Source: Escherichia coli
GTDB taxonomy: Bacteria; Pseudomonadota; Gammaproteobacteria; Enterobacterales; Enterobacteriaceae
DNA length: 64,000 nt
NCBI RefSeq assembly: GCF_051903065.1
Contig: NZ_CP178438.1
Direction: 5' to 3' (one strand)
In this document: positions 53,506-64,000 of the stretch, piece after piece
How positions within the stretch are numbered: position 1 is the first letter of the stretch
Layout of the letters: each line of letters starts with the position of its first letter
Position numbers and translations under genes: made by a program
Notes under the pieces: generated by a model
What the model saw: only the letters and a program-made list of their open reading frames with translations
Told to the model about the DNA's origin: nothing
Database searches by the model: none

Positions 53506-54706
53506 TGTATTAGCTCAGACCTGATCTGACAGTTACCGGTTATTTATACAGGTATCTGTCAGATTACATCCGGCTTAAATTTTTCTCGGCCCAGATGCGC
53601 TTTCCATCAAGTAACGTTTCCATTGGCGTCCGCCCATTGCGCATTTTTCCCTGATGGGTTCGTTCATTATTATAGTGAGCCAGCCACTCATCAAGATCCG
53701 ATTGCAATGTATCGAGAGCTCCATACAACTTTTTACGGAACGTCACCTGATAAAATTCGTTCAGTATCGTCTTATGGAACCGCTCGCAGATGCCATTTGT
53801 CTGCGGTGACATCGCTTTAGTTTTCGTGTGGTCTATATCATTTATTGCCAGATATAGCTGGTAGTCATGCTGTTCCACCTTACCGCAGTACTCTGTTCCT
53901 CTGTCGGTCAGTATTCTCAGCATTGGCAGGTTTTGCGATTCGTAAAATGGCAACACACGATCATTCAGCAGGTCAGCAGCCGTGATCGGTGTTTTGGTTA
54001 CATACAGTTTACAGTGTGCGACCTTCGAGTAGGTGTCAACGAACGTTTGCTGATAAATGCGTCCGACTCCTTTCAGATTACCCACGTAGAACGTATCCTG
54101 AGAGCCCAGATAACCGGGATGTGCGGTTTCGATTTCACCACACGCTTCGTCATCGCTGGCTTTACGCTCCAGAACGACTATCTGTGCTTCTGTCAGCTCG
54201 ATACCGTCACGGGCTACTTTTTCCTCCAGTGCTTTCAGCCGCTTTTTGAAGTTCTCAAGGTTATGCCGCAGCCAGACAGAACGTACACCCCTTCCTGAGA
54301 TGAAGACACCTTGCTTACGTAGCTCATTGCTGGTCCGGTGCTGGCCATGCGCAGGGTACGCGATGGCATAATCAACAACGGCCCGCTCAGTTGCATCATC
54401 GGTACGATTTTTTAGATTGGGCGTTCGTCGAGTGCGGTTAATCAGTGCATCCACCCCACCTTCATCAGCCAGTTCGCGATAACGGTAAAACGTATCACGC
54501 GAGACGCCCATGATTTTGCAGGCCTTCGAAACATTGCGGAGTTCTTCAGCCAGATTGAGCAAACCGGCTTTGTGTTTGATGACGGGATTGTTAGTATGAA
54601 GCATGAGAGTTACCTCGTGTTTTGTATAAGGATTCGACACCCATATCAAAACCGGTAACTCTCAACCTTTCAAGGCTCAGTGTCAGATCAAGTCGCGACT
54701 AATACA
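53506..54706 (-). mobile_element. IS481-like insertion sequence (about 1.2 kb) with imperfect terminal inverted repeats
   Basis: Ends tgtattagctcagacctgatctgacagttaccggtt (53506-53541) and aaccggtaact...gtcagatcaagtcgcgactaataca (54650-54706) are inverted repeats with a 20-bp insertion in the right copy; encloses one transposase gene. Confidence 0.6.
53564..54604 (-). CDS. DDE transposase (integrase-core/rve domain with N-terminal HTH), IS481-family-like
   Basis: Track ORF is 361 aa from a TTG; likely ATG start at 54604 (MLHTNNPVIKHK..., 346 aa); HTH-like N-terminus and integrase-core-like central region. Confidence 0.75.
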   Translation of the reverse strand: MLHTNNPVIKHKAGLLNLAEELRNVSKACKIMGVSRDTFYRYRELADEGGVDALINRTRRTPNLKNRTDDATERAVVDYAIAYPAHGQHRTSNELRKQGVFISGRGVRSVWLRHNLENFKKRLKALEEKVARDGIELTEAQIVVLERKASDDEACGEIETAHPGYLGSQDTFYVGNLKGVGRIYQQTFVDTYSKVAHCKLYVTKTPITAADLLNDRVLPFYESQNLPMLRILTDRGTEYCGKVEQHDYQLYLAINDIDHTKTKAMSPQTNGICERFHKTILNEFYQVTFRKKLYGALDTLQSDLDEWLAHYNNERTHQGKMRNGRTPMETLLDGKRIWAEKNLSRM

Positions 54707-54754
54707 TGTACCCGTCATTCAGACGATTCCCGACAGTGTTTCATAATTCCTCCA

Positions 54755-54772
54755 TTTTTCTCCCTTATTGGC
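54755..54772 (+). promoter_or_regulatory. BaeR-binding box of the mdtA promoter
   Basis: tttttctcccttattggc matches the published BaeR box consensus TTTTTCTCCATDATTGGC at 16 of 18 positions, about 55 bp upstream of the mdtA start. Confidence 0.5.
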
Positions 54773-54825
54773 TGGCTACACTAGTATCATTCCGCGAAAC
54801 GTTTCAGGAAGAGAAACTCTTAACG

Positions 54826-56073
54826 ATGAAAGGCAGTTATAAATCCCGTTGGGTAATCGTAATCGTGGTGGTTATCGCCGCCATCGCCGCATTCTGGTTC
54901 TGGCAAGGCCGCAATGACTCCCAGAGTGCAGCCCCAGGGGCGACGAAACAAGCGCAGCAATCGCCAGCGGGTGGTCGCCGTGGTATGCGTTCCGGCCCAT
55001 TAGCCCCGGTTCAGGCGGCGACCGCCGTAGAACAGGCAGTTCCGCGTTACCTTACCGGGCTTGGCACCATTACCGCTGCTAACACCGTTACGGTGCGCAG
55101 CCGCGTAGATGGTCAGTTGATGGCGTTACATTTCCAGGAAGGCCAGCAGGTCAAAGCAGGCGATTTACTGGCAGAAATTGACCCCAGCCAGTTCAAAGTT
55201 GCATTAGCACAAGCCCAGGGCCAACTGGCAAAAGATAAAGCCACGCTTGCCAACGCCCGCCGTGACCTGGCGCGTTATCAACAACTGGTAAAAACCAATC
55301 TCGTATCTCGTCAGGAACTGGATGCCCAACAGGCGCTGGTCAGTGAAACCGAAGGCACCATTAAGGCTGATGAAGCAAGCGTCGCCAGCGCGCAGCTGCA
55401 ACTCGACTGGAGCCGCATCACCGCACCAGTCGATGGTCGCGTTGGTCTCAAGCAGGTTGATGTTGGTAACCAAATCTCCAGTGGTGATACCACCGGGATT
55501 GTGGTGATCACCCAGACGCATCCTATCGATTTGCTCTTTACCCTGCCGGAAAGCGATATCGCTACCGTCGTGCAGGCGCAGAAATCCGGAAAACCGCTGG
55601 TGGTAGAAGCCTGGGATCGCACCAACTCGAAGAAATTAAGTGAAGGCACGCTGTTAAGCCTCGATAACCAAATCGATGCCACAACCGGTACGATTAAAGT
55701 GAAAGCACGCTTTAATAATCAGGATGATGCGCTGTTTCCCAATCAGTTTGTTAACGCGCGCATGTTAGTCGACACCGAACAAAACGCCGTAGTGATCCCA
55801 ACAGCCGCCCTGCAAATGGGCAATGAAGGCCATTTTGTCTGGGTGCTGAATAGCGAAAACAAGGTCAGCAAACATCTGGTGACGCCGGGCATTCAGGACA
55901 GTCAGAAAGTGGTGATCCGCGCAGGTATTTCTGCGGGCGATCGCGTGGTGACAGACGGCATTGATCGCCTGACCGAAGGGGCGAAAGTGGAAGTGGTGGA
56001 AGCCCAGAGCGCCACCACTCCGGAAGAGAAAGCCACCAGCCGCGAATACGCGAAAAAAGGAGCTCGCTCCTGA
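54826..56073 (+). CDS. mdtA: Multidrug efflux RND membrane-fusion protein MdtA
   Basis: Track ORF is 455 aa and starts at an ATG formed at the IS terminus (54706); conserved start is [15 protein letters not shown]... (415 aa). Confidence 0.92.
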   Translation: MKGSYKSRWVIVIVVVIAAIAAFWFWQGRNDSQSAAPGATKQAQQSPAGGRRGMRSGPLAPVQAATAVEQAVPRYLTGLGTITAANTVTVRSRVDGQLMALHFQEGQQVKAGDLLAEIDPSQFKVALAQAQGQLAKDKATLANARRDLARYQQLVKTNLVSRQELDAQQALVSETEGTIKADEASVASAQLQLDWSRITAPVDGRVGLKQVDVGNQISSGDTTGIVVITQTHPIDLLFTLPESDIATVVQAQKSGKPLVVEAWDRTNSKKLSEGTLLSLDNQIDATTGTIKVKARFNNQDDALFPNQFVNARMLVDTEQNAVVIPTAALQMGNEGHFVWVLNSENKVSKHLVTPGIQDSQKVVIRAGISAGDRVVTDGIDRLTEGAKVEVVEAQSATTPEEKATSREYAKKGARS

Positions 56074-59000
56074 TGCAGGTGTTACCCCCGAGCAGCACAG
56101 GCGGCCCGTCGCGCCTGTTTATTATGCGTCCTGTGGCCACCACGCTGCTGATGGTGGCGATCTTACTCGCCGGGATTATCGGTTATCGCGCCCTGCCCGT
56201 TTCGGCGCTGCCGGAAGTGGACTATCCGACCATTCAGGTGGTCACGCTCTACCCAGGTGCGAGCCCGGATGTCATGACCTCTGCCGTTACCGCGCCGCTC
56301 GAACGCCAGTTCGGGCAGATGTCTGGCCTGAAACAGATGTCGTCGCAAAGTTCCGGCGGTGCGTCAGTTATCACCTTACAGTTCCAGCTAACATTACCGC
56401 TGGATGTCGCCGAGCAGGAAGTGCAGGCCGCGATTAACGCTGCGACCAACTTGTTGCCGAGCGATCTGCCTAACCCGCCGGTTTACAGCAAAGTGAACCC
56501 GGCAGATCCGCCGATCATGACGCTCGCCGTCACCTCAACCGCCATGCCGATGACGCAAGTGGAAGATATGGTGGAAACCCGCGTCGCGCAGAAAATCTCG
56601 CAGATTTCCGGTGTCGGTCTGGTGACGCTTTCCGGCGGCCAGCGTCCGGCTGTTCGCGTCAAACTTAACGCTCAGGCGATTGCCGCCCTCGGCCTGACCA
56701 GCGAAACCGTGCGAACCGCCATTACCGGCGCTAACGTTAACTCGGCAAAAGGTAGCCTCGACGGCCCTTCCCGTGCGGTCACGCTTTCCGCTAACGACCA
56801 GATGCAATCCGCCGAAGAGTATCGCCAGCTAATCATCGCCTACCAGAACGGCGCGCCGATTCGTCTGGGCGATGTCGCAACTGTAGAGCAAGGTGCAGAA
56901 AACAGCTGGCTCGGCGCGTGGGCGAACAAAGAACAGGCCATTGTGATGAATGTTCAGCGCCAGCCCGGTGCTAACATTATCTCCACCGCCGACAGCATCC
57001 GGCAGATGCTGCCACAGCTCACCGAGAGTTTGCCGAAATCGGTGAAGGTGACGGTACTTTCTGACCGTACCACCAATATCCGCGCATCCGTCGACGATAC
57101 CCAGTTTGAGCTGATGATGGCTATCGCGCTGGTAGTCATGATTATCTACCTGTTTTTGCGCAATATTCCGGCGACCATCATTCCCGGTGTTGCCGTGCCG
57201 CTGTCGTTAATCGGCACTTTTGCGGTTATGGTGTTTCTCGATTTTTCAATCAATAACCTGACGCTGATGGCGTTAACTATCGCCACCGGGTTCGTGGTCG
57301 ATGACGCCATCGTGGTGATCGAAAATATTTCCCGCTATATCGAAAAAGGCGAAAAACCGTTGGCGGCGGCGCTCAAGGGCGCAGGTGAAATCGGCTTTAC
57401 CATTATCTCGCTGACCTTCTCACTGATTGCGGTGTTGATCCCACTGCTGTTTATGGGCGATATCGTCGGGCGACTGTTCCGCGAATTTGCTATTACCCTG
57501 GCGGTAGCGATTTTGATCTCAGCGGTGGTGTCGCTGACCCTGACACCGATGATGTGCGCGCGGATGCTCAGCCAGGAGTCGCTGCGTAAACAGAACCGCT
57601 TCTCCCGTGCCTCGGAGAAAATGTTCGACAGGATAATCGCCGCCTATGGACGTGGACTGGCGAAAGTGCTGAATCATCCGTGGCTGACCTTAAGCGTGGC
57701 GCTCAGCACGCTGCTGCTTAGCGTTCTATTGTGGGTGTTCATTCCGAAAGGTTTCTTCCCGGTACAGGACAACGGCATTATTCAGGGCACTTTGCAGGCA
57801 CCGCAATCCAGCTCCTTTACCAATATGGCCCAGCGGCAACGCCAGGTCGCGGACGTGATTTTGCAGGATCCGGCAGTGCAAAGTCTGACCTCATTTGTTG
57901 GCGTTGATGGCACTAACCCGTCGCTGAACAGTGCGCGTTTACAGATCAACCTCAAACCGCTGGATGAACGTGATGATCGGGTGCAAAAAGTCATCGCCCG
58001 TCTGCAAACGGCGGTGGATAAAGTGCCGGGCGTCGATCTCTTCCTGCAACCAACGCAGGACCTGACCATCGATACTCAGGTCAGCCGCACCCAGTACCAG
58101 TTTACCTTGCAGGCCACGTCACTGGATGCGCTCAGTACCTGGGTGCCACAGTTGATGGAAAAACTCCAGCAGCTGCCACAGCTATCTGATGTCTCCAGCG
58201 ACTGGCAGGACAAAGGGCTGGTGGCGTATGTCAATGTTGATCGCGACAGCGCCAGCCGTCTGGGGATCAGCATGGCGGACGTCGATAACGCCCTGTACAA
58301 CGCGTTTGGTCAGCGGCTGATTTCCACTATTTATACTCAGGCTAACCAGTATCGCGTGGTGCTGGAGCACAACACCGAAAATACCCCAGGGCTTGCGGCG
58401 CTGGATACCATTCGCCTTACCAGCAGCGACGGCGGCGTGGTGCCGTTAAGCTCAATTGCCAAAGTTGAACAGCGTTTTGCGCCGCTTTCCATCAACCATC
58501 TGGATCAGTTCCCGGTAACGACCATCTCTTTTAACGTGCCAGATAACTATTCGCTGGGCGATGCGGTGCAGGCGATTATGGACACCGAAAAGACGCTGAA
58601 TCTGCCGGTGGATATCACCACGCAGTTCCAGGGCAGCACCCTCGCCTTCCAGTCGGCGCTGGGCAGCACTGTCTGGCTGATTGTCGCGGCGGTGGTGGCG
58701 ATGTATATCGTGCTCGGCATTCTGTACGAGAGCTTTATTCACCCGATCACCATTCTCTCGACGCTACCCACCGCAGGGGTCGGCGCGCTGCTGGCGTTAA
58801 TGATTGCCGGTAGCGAACTGGATGTGATTGCGATTATCGGCATTATTTTGCTGATCGGTATCGTGAAGAAGAACGCCATCATGATGATCGACTTCGCGCT
58901 GGCTGCTGAGCGCGAGCAAGGCATGTCGCCGCGCGAAGCTATTTACCAGGCTTGTCTGTTGCGTTTTCGTCCGATCCTGATGACCACCCTGGCGGCTCTG

Positions 59001-59195
59001 CTTGGCGCGCTGCCGCTGATGTTGAGTACCGGGGTCGGCGCGGAACTGCGTCGTCCGTTAGGTATCGGCATGGTCGGCGGCCTGATTGTCAGCCAGGTGC
59101 TGACGCTGTTTACCACGCCGGTGATTTATTTGCTGTTCGACCGCCTGGCATTGTGGACCAAAAGCTGCTTTGCCCGTCATGAAGAGGAGGCGTAA
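56073..59195 (+). CDS. mdtB: Multidrug efflux RND permease MdtB
   Basis: 1040-aa RND transporter; start overlaps the mdtA stop. Confidence 0.95.
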   Translation: MQVLPPSSTGGPSRLFIMRPVATTLLMVAILLAGIIGYRALPVSALPEVDYPTIQVVTLYPGASPDVMTSAVTAPLERQFGQMSGLKQMSSQSSGGASVITLQFQLTLPLDVAEQEVQAAINAATNLLPSDLPNPPVYSKVNPADPPIMTLAVTSTAMPMTQVEDMVETRVAQKISQISGVGLVTLSGGQRPAVRVKLNAQAIAALGLTSETVRTAITGANVNSAKGSLDGPSRAVTLSANDQMQSAEEYRQLIIAYQNGAPIRLGDVATVEQGAENSWLGAWANKEQAIVMNVQRQPGANIISTADSIRQMLPQLTESLPKSVKVTVLSDRTTNIRASVDDTQFELMMAIALVVMIIYLFLRNIPATIIPGVAVPLSLIGTFAVMVFLDFSINNLTLMALTIATGFVVDDAIVVIENISRYIEKGEKPLAAALKGAGEIGFTIISLTFSLIAVLIPLLFMGDIVGRLFREFAITLAVAILISAVVSLTLTPMMCARMLSQESLRKQNRFSRASEKMFDRIIAAYGRGLAKVLNHPWLTLSVALSTLLLSVLLWVFIPKGFFPVQDNGIIQGTLQAPQSSSFTNMAQRQRQVADVILQDPAVQSLTSFVGVDGTNPSLNSARLQINLKPLDERDDRVQKVIARLQTAVDKVPGVDLFLQPTQDLTIDTQVSRTQYQFTLQATSLDALSTWVPQLMEKLQQLPQLSDVSSDWQDKGLVAYVNVDRDSASRLGISMADVDNALYNAFGQRLISTIYTQANQYRVVLEHNTENTPGLAALDTIRLTSSDGGVVPLSSIAKVEQRFAPLSINHLDQFPVTTISFNVPDNYSLGDAVQAIMDTEKTLNLPVDITTQFQGSTLAFQSALGSTVWLIVAAVVAMYIVLGILYESFIHPITILSTLPTAGVGALLALMIAGSELDVIAIIGIILLIGIVKKNAIMMIDFALAAEREQGMSPREAIYQACLLRFRPILMTTLAALLGALPLMLSTGVGAELRRPLGIGMVGGLIVSQVLTLFTTPVIYLLFDRLALWTKSCFARHEEEA

Positions 59196-62100
59196 GTGAA
59201 GTTTTTTGCCCTCTTCATTTACCGCCCGGTGGCGACGATTTTACTGTCGGTTGCCATTACCCTGTGCGGCATACTGGGTTTCCGTATGCTGCCGGTCGCC
59301 CCGCTGCCGCAGGTCGATTTTCCGGTGATTATGGTCAGCGCCTCGCTGCCCGGTGCGTCGCCGGAGACAATGGCGTCTTCCGTTGCCACGCCGCTGGAGC
59401 GTTCACTTGGGCGCATTGCCGGGGTCAGTGAAATGACCTCCAGCAGTTCGCTCGGCAGCACGCGTATTATTTTGCAGTTTGATTTTGACCGGGATATCAA
59501 CGGCGCAGCGCGTGATGTGCAGGCGGCGATCAACGCTGCACAAAGTTTGCTGCCCAGTGGGATGCCCAGCCGTCCGACCTATCGCAAAGCGAACCCGTCG
59601 GATGCGCCAATTATGATCCTCACGCTGACATCCGATACTTATTCGCAGGGTGAACTGTACGATTTCGCCTCGACGCAGCTGGCTCCGACGATTTCGCAAA
59701 TCGACGGTGTCGGTGATGTCGATGTCGGCGGCAGCTCGCTGCCCGCCGTGCGCGTCGGGCTGAACCCGCAGGCGCTGTTTAATCAGGGCGTGTCGCTGGA
59801 TGACGTACGCACTGCCATCAGCAATGCCAACGTGCGTAAACCGCAGGGGGCGCTGGAAGATGGCACTCACCGCTGGCAGATCCAGACCAACGATGAACTG
59901 AAAACCGCCGCTGAATATCAGCCGCTGATTATTCACTACAACAACGGCGGCGCGGTTCGTCTGGGCGATGTGGCGACGGTGACCGACTCAGTGCAGGATG
60001 TGCGCAACGCCGGGATGACCAACGCCAAACCGGCTATTTTGCTGATGATCCGCAAGCTGCCGGAAGCCAATATTATCCAGACGGTTGACAGCATCCGGGC
60101 AAAATTACCGGAGTTGCAGGAGACCATTCCGGCGGCGATTGATCTGCAAATTGCTCAGGATCGCTCCCCCACCATTCGCGCCTCGCTGGAAGAAGTCGAG
60201 CAAACGCTGATTATCTCGGTGGCGCTGGTGATTCTGGTGGTGTTTTTATTCCTGCGCTCGGGTCGCGCCACTATTATTCCCGCCGTTGCGGTGCCGGTTT
60301 CGCTGATTGGTACGTTTGCGGCGATGTACCTGTGCGGATTCAGTCTCAATAACCTGTCGTTAATGGCGCTCACCATCGCCACAGGCTTTGTGGTGGATGA
60401 CGCCATCGTGGTGCTGGAAAACATTGCCCGTCATCTGGAAGCGGGGATGAAACCACTACAGGCCGCGCTACAAGGTACTCGCGAAGTCGGTTTTACGGTG
60501 CTGTCGATGAGTCTGTCACTGGTGGCGGTGTTCCTGCCGCTGCTGTTGGTGGGCGGATTGCCGGGCCGACTGTTACGCGAGTTTGCCGTGACGCTTTCTG
60601 TCGCCATTGGTATTTCGTTGCTGGTTTCCCTGACGCTAACGCCGATGATGTGTGGCTGGATGCTGAAAGCCAGCAAGCCGCGCGAGCAAAAGCGACTACG
60701 TGGTTTTGGTCGCATGTTGGTAGCCCTGCAACAAGGCTACGGCAAGTCACTGAAATGGGTGCTCAATCATACCCGTCTGGTGGGCGTGGTGCTGCTTGGC
60801 ACCATTGCGCTGAATATCTGGCTATATATCTCGATCCCGAAAACCTTCTTCCCGGAGCAGGACACTGGCGTGTTGATGGGCGGGATTCAGGCGGATCAGA
60901 GTATTTCGTTTCAGGCGATGCGCGGTAAGTTGCAGGATTTTATGAAAATTATCCGTGACGATCCGGCAGTGGATAATGTCACCGGCTTTACCGGCGGTTC
61001 ACGAGTTAACAGTGGGATGATGTTTATCACTCTGAAGCCACGCGACGAACGCAGCGAAACGGCGCAGCAAATTATCGACCGTCTGCGGGTGAAGCTGGCG
61101 AAAGAACCGGGGGCGAATCTGTTCCTGATGGCGGTACAGGATATTCGCGTTGGCGGACGTCAGTCGAACGCCAGTTATCAGTACACGTTGTTATCCGACG
61201 ACCTGGCGGCACTGCGCGAATGGGAGCCAAAAATCCGCAAAAAACTGGCGACGTTGCCGGAACTGGCGGACGTGAACTCCGATCAGCAGGATAACGGCGC
61301 GGAGATGAATCTGGTTTACGATCGCGACACCATGGCACGGCTGGGAATCGACGTACAGGCCGCCAACAGCCTGTTAAATAACGCCTTCGGTCAGCGGCAA
61401 ATCTCGACCATTTACCAGCCGATGAACCAGTACAAAGTGGTGATGGAAGTGGATCCGCGCTATACCCAGGACATCAGTGCGCTGGAAAAAATGTTCGTCA
61501 TTAATAACGAAGGCAAAGCGATCCCGCTGTCGTATTTCGCTAAATGGCAACCGGCGAATGCCCCGCTGTCAGTGAATCATCAGGGATTATCGGCGGCCTC
61601 GACCATCTCGTTCAACCTGCCGACCGGAAAATCGCTCTCAGACGCCAGCGCGGCAATCGATCGCGCAATGACCCAGCTTGGCGTGCCTTCCACCGTGCGC
61701 GGCAGTTTTGCCGGAACGGCGCAGGTGTTCCAAGAGACGATGAACTCGCAGGTGATCCTGATTATCGCCGCCATCGCCACGGTGTATATCGTGCTGGGTA
61801 TCCTTTACGAGAGTTACGTGCATCCGCTGACGATCCTCTCCACCCTGCCCTCGGCGGGCGTTGGAGCGCTGCTGGCGCTGGAGCTGTTCAATGCCCCGTT
61901 CAGCCTAATCGCCCTGATAGGGATTATGTTATTAATCGGCATCGTGAAGAAAAACGCCATTATGATGGTCGATTTTGCGCTCGAAGCCCAACGGCACGGT
62001 AACCTGACGCCGCAGGAAGCTATTTTCCAGGCCTGTCTGCTGCGTTTTCGCCCGATTATGATGACTACCCTGGCGGCGCTGTTTGGCGCGCTGCCGCTGG

Positions 62101-62273
62101 TATTGTCGGGCGGCGACGGCTCGGAGCTGCGGCAACCCCTGGGGATCACCATTGTCGGCGGTCTGGTGATGAGCCAGCTCCTGACGCTGTATACCACGCC
62201 GGTGGTGTATCTCTTTTTCGACCGTCTACGGCTGCGTTTTTCGCGTAAACCTAAACAAACGGTAACCGAATAA
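59196..62273 (+). CDS. mdtC: Multidrug efflux RND permease MdtC
   Basis: 1025-aa RND transporter paralogous to MdtB. Confidence 0.95.
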   Translation: MKFFALFIYRPVATILLSVAITLCGILGFRMLPVAPLPQVDFPVIMVSASLPGASPETMASSVATPLERSLGRIAGVSEMTSSSSLGSTRIILQFDFDRDINGAARDVQAAINAAQSLLPSGMPSRPTYRKANPSDAPIMILTLTSDTYSQGELYDFASTQLAPTISQIDGVGDVDVGGSSLPAVRVGLNPQALFNQGVSLDDVRTAISNANVRKPQGALEDGTHRWQIQTNDELKTAAEYQPLIIHYNNGGAVRLGDVATVTDSVQDVRNAGMTNAKPAILLMIRKLPEANIIQTVDSIRAKLPELQETIPAAIDLQIAQDRSPTIRASLEEVEQTLIISVALVILVVFLFLRSGRATIIPAVAVPVSLIGTFAAMYLCGFSLNNLSLMALTIATGFVVDDAIVVLENIARHLEAGMKPLQAALQGTREVGFTVLSMSLSLVAVFLPLLLVGGLPGRLLREFAVTLSVAIGISLLVSLTLTPMMCGWMLKASKPREQKRLRGFGRMLVALQQGYGKSLKWVLNHTRLVGVVLLGTIALNIWLYISIPKTFFPEQDTGVLMGGIQADQSISFQAMRGKLQDFMKIIRDDPAVDNVTGFTGGSRVNSGMMFITLKPRDERSETAQQIIDRLRVKLAKEPGANLFLMAVQDIRVGGRQSNASYQYTLLSDDLAALREWEPKIRKKLATLPELADVNSDQQDNGAEMNLVYDRDTMARLGIDVQAANSLLNNAFGQRQISTIYQPMNQYKVVMEVDPRYTQDISALEKMFVINNEGKAIPLSYFAKWQPANAPLSVNHQGLSAASTISFNLPTGKSLSDASAAIDRAMTQLGVPSTVRGSFAGTAQVFQETMNSQVILIIAAIATVYIVLGILYESYVHPLTILSTLPSAGVGALLALELFNAPFSLIALIGIMLLIGIVKKNAIMMVDFALEAQRHGNLTPQEAIFQACLLRFRPIMMTTLAALFGALPLVLSGGDGSELRQPLGITIVGGLVMSQLLTLYTTPVVYLFFDRLRLRFSRKPKQTVTE

Positions 62274-63689
62274 ATGACAGAGCTTCCCGACAGCACCCGC
62301 TGGCAATTGTGGATTGTGGCTTTCGGCTTCTTTATGCAGTCGCTGGACACCACTATCGTTAACACCGCACTCCCCTCAATGGCGCAAAGCCTGGGGGAAA
62401 GCCCGCTGCATATGCACATGGTCATCGTCTCTTATGTGCTGACCGTGGCGGTGATGCTGCCCGCCAGCGGCTGGCTGGCGGACAAAATCGGCGTGCGCAA
62501 TATTTTCTTTACCGCTATTGTGCTGTTTACCCTCGGTTCACTGTTCTGCGCGCTTTCCGGCACGCTGAACGAACTGTTGCTGGCACGCGCGTTACAGGGC
62601 GTTGGCGGCGCGATGATGGTGCCGGTCGGCAGATTGACAGTGATGAAAATCGTACCGCGCGAGCAATATATGGCGGCGATGACCTTTGTCACGTTACCCG
62701 GTCAGGTCGGTCCGCTGCTCGGTCCGGCGCTCGGCGGCCTGCTGGTGGAGTACGCGTCGTGGCACTGGATCTTTTTGATCAACATTCCGGTGGGAATTAT
62801 CGGCGCGATCGCCACACTGATGTTAATGCCGAACTACACCATGCAGACGCGGCGCTTCGATCTCTCCGGCTTTTTATTGCTGGCGGTTGGCATGGCGGTA
62901 TTAACCCTGGCGCTGGACGGCAGTAAAGGTACAGGTTTATCGCCGCTAACCATCTCCGTGCTGGTAGCGGTTGGCGTGGTGGCACTGGTGCTTTATCTGC
63001 TACACGCCAGAAATAACCACCGCGCTCTTTTCAGTCTGAAACTGTTCCGCACTCGTACCTTTTCGCTGGGCCTGGCGGGGAGCTTTGCCGGACGTATCGG
63101 TAGCGGCATGTTGCCCTTTATGACGCCGGTTTTCCTGCAAATTGGCCTTGGCTTCTCACCGTTTCATGCCGGACTGATGATGATCCCGATGGTGCTTGGC
63201 AGCATGGGAATGAAGCGAATTGTGGTACAGGTGGTGAATCGCTTTGGTTATCGTCGGGTACTGGTAGCGACCACGCTGGGTCTGTCGCTGGTCACCCTGT
63301 TGTTTATGACTACCGCTCTGTTGGGCTGGTACTACGTTTTGCCGTTCGTCCTGTTTTTACAAGGGATGGTCAACTCGACCCGTTTCTCCTCCATGAACAC
63401 CCTGACGCTGAAAGATCTCCCGGACAACCTGGCGAGCAGCGGCAACAGTCTGCTGTCGATGATTATGCAATTGTCGATGAGTATCGGCGTCACCATCGCC
63501 GGGCTGTTGCTGGGACTTTTTGGTTCGCAGCATGTCAGCGTCGACAGCGGCACCACACAAACCGTCTTTATGTACACCTGGCTTAGCATGGCGTTTATCA
63601 TCGCCCTTCCGGCGTTCATCTTTGCCAGAGTGCCGAACGATACGCATCAAAATGTAGCTATTTCGCGGCGAAAAAGGAGCGCGCAATGA
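62274..63689 (+). CDS. mdtD: MFS transporter MdtD
   Basis: 471-aa 14-TM-like MFS protein following mdtC. Confidence 0.92.
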   Translation: MTELPDSTRWQLWIVAFGFFMQSLDTTIVNTALPSMAQSLGESPLHMHMVIVSYVLTVAVMLPASGWLADKIGVRNIFFTAIVLFTLGSLFCALSGTLNELLLARALQGVGGAMMVPVGRLTVMKIVPREQYMAAMTFVTLPGQVGPLLGPALGGLLVEYASWHWIFLINIPVGIIGAIATLMLMPNYTMQTRRFDLSGFLLLAVGMAVLTLALDGSKGTGLSPLTISVLVAVGVVALVLYLLHARNNHRALFSLKLFRTRTFSLGLAGSFAGRIGSGMLPFMTPVFLQIGLGFSPFHAGLMMIPMVLGSMGMKRIVVQVVNRFGYRRVLVATTLGLSLVTLLFMTTALLGWYYVLPFVLFLQGMVNSTRFSSMNTLTLKDLPDNLASSGNSLLSMIMQLSMSIGVTIAGLLLGLFGSQHVSVDSGTTQTVFMYTWLSMAFIIALPAFIFARVPNDTHQNVAISRRKRSAQ

Positions 63690-64000
63690 AGTTCTGGCGA
63701 CCCGGTATTACCGGCAAACTGTTTCTGGCGATTTTCGCCACCTGCATTGTCTTGCTGATCAGTATGCACTGGGCGGTGCGTATCAGTTTTGAGCGTGGCT
63801 TTATTGATTACATCAAGCATGGTAATGAACAGCGATTACAACTGTTAAGTGATGCGCTTGGCGAGCAGTATGCGCAGCATGGTAACTGGCGCTTCCTGCG
63901 CAACAATGATCGCTTTGTCTTTCAGATCCTGCGTTCATTTGAACACGATAATTCGGAAGATAAACCCGGCCCGGGTATGCCACCACACGGCTGGCGTACT
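63686..64000 (+). CDS. baeS: Sensor histidine kinase BaeS, N-terminal part (runs off the window)
   Basis: ATG overlapping the mdtD stop (ATGA); manual translation [35 protein letters not shown]... Confidence 0.9.
   Translation, partial: MKFWRPGITGKLFLAIFATCIVLLISMHWAVRISFERGFIDYIKHGNEQRLQLLSDALGEQYAQHGNWRFLRNNDRFVFQILRSFEHDNSEDKPGPGMPPHGWRT

Noticed and set aside
54706-54825. 40-codon N-terminal extension of mdtA in the ORF track
   Set aside because: The upstream ATG is created by the last bases of the IS inverted repeat and the extension runs through the BaeR box; the conserved MdtA start is at 54826.

Overview
This window reads as an Escherichia coli chromosomal segment running from the end of an O-antigen gene cluster through galF, gne, the complete colanic-acid (wca/cps) cluster, yegH, asmA-dcd-udk, dgcE (yegE), alkA, yegD, yegI-pphC-yegL, the ibsA/sibA and ibsB/sibB toxin-antisense pairs, and mdtABCD to the start of baeS. 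Gene order and protein lengths match my recollection of E. coli K-12 for the core genes; all identifications are from reading the supplied ORF translations and sequence, with no database search run. Three things are not in the K-12 layout as I remember it, and they are the most interesting part of the window: (1) an IS110-family (DEDD recombinase) insertion between yegH and asmA, with a structured non-coding flank that could encode a guide (bridge/seek-type) RNA; (2) a roughly 6 kb remnant of a P22-like prophage between ibsB and mdtA, carrying an intact gtrABC O-antigen glucosylation operon and a frameshifted tailspike gene; (3) an IS481-like element whose end lies about 50 bp upstream of the BaeR box of the mdtABCD promoter. 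The prophage junction also appears to cut off the 3-prime end of sibB and the upstream region of ibsB. I found no CRISPR array, tRNA or rRNA. Small-motif coordinates are hand-counted and may be off by a base or two.
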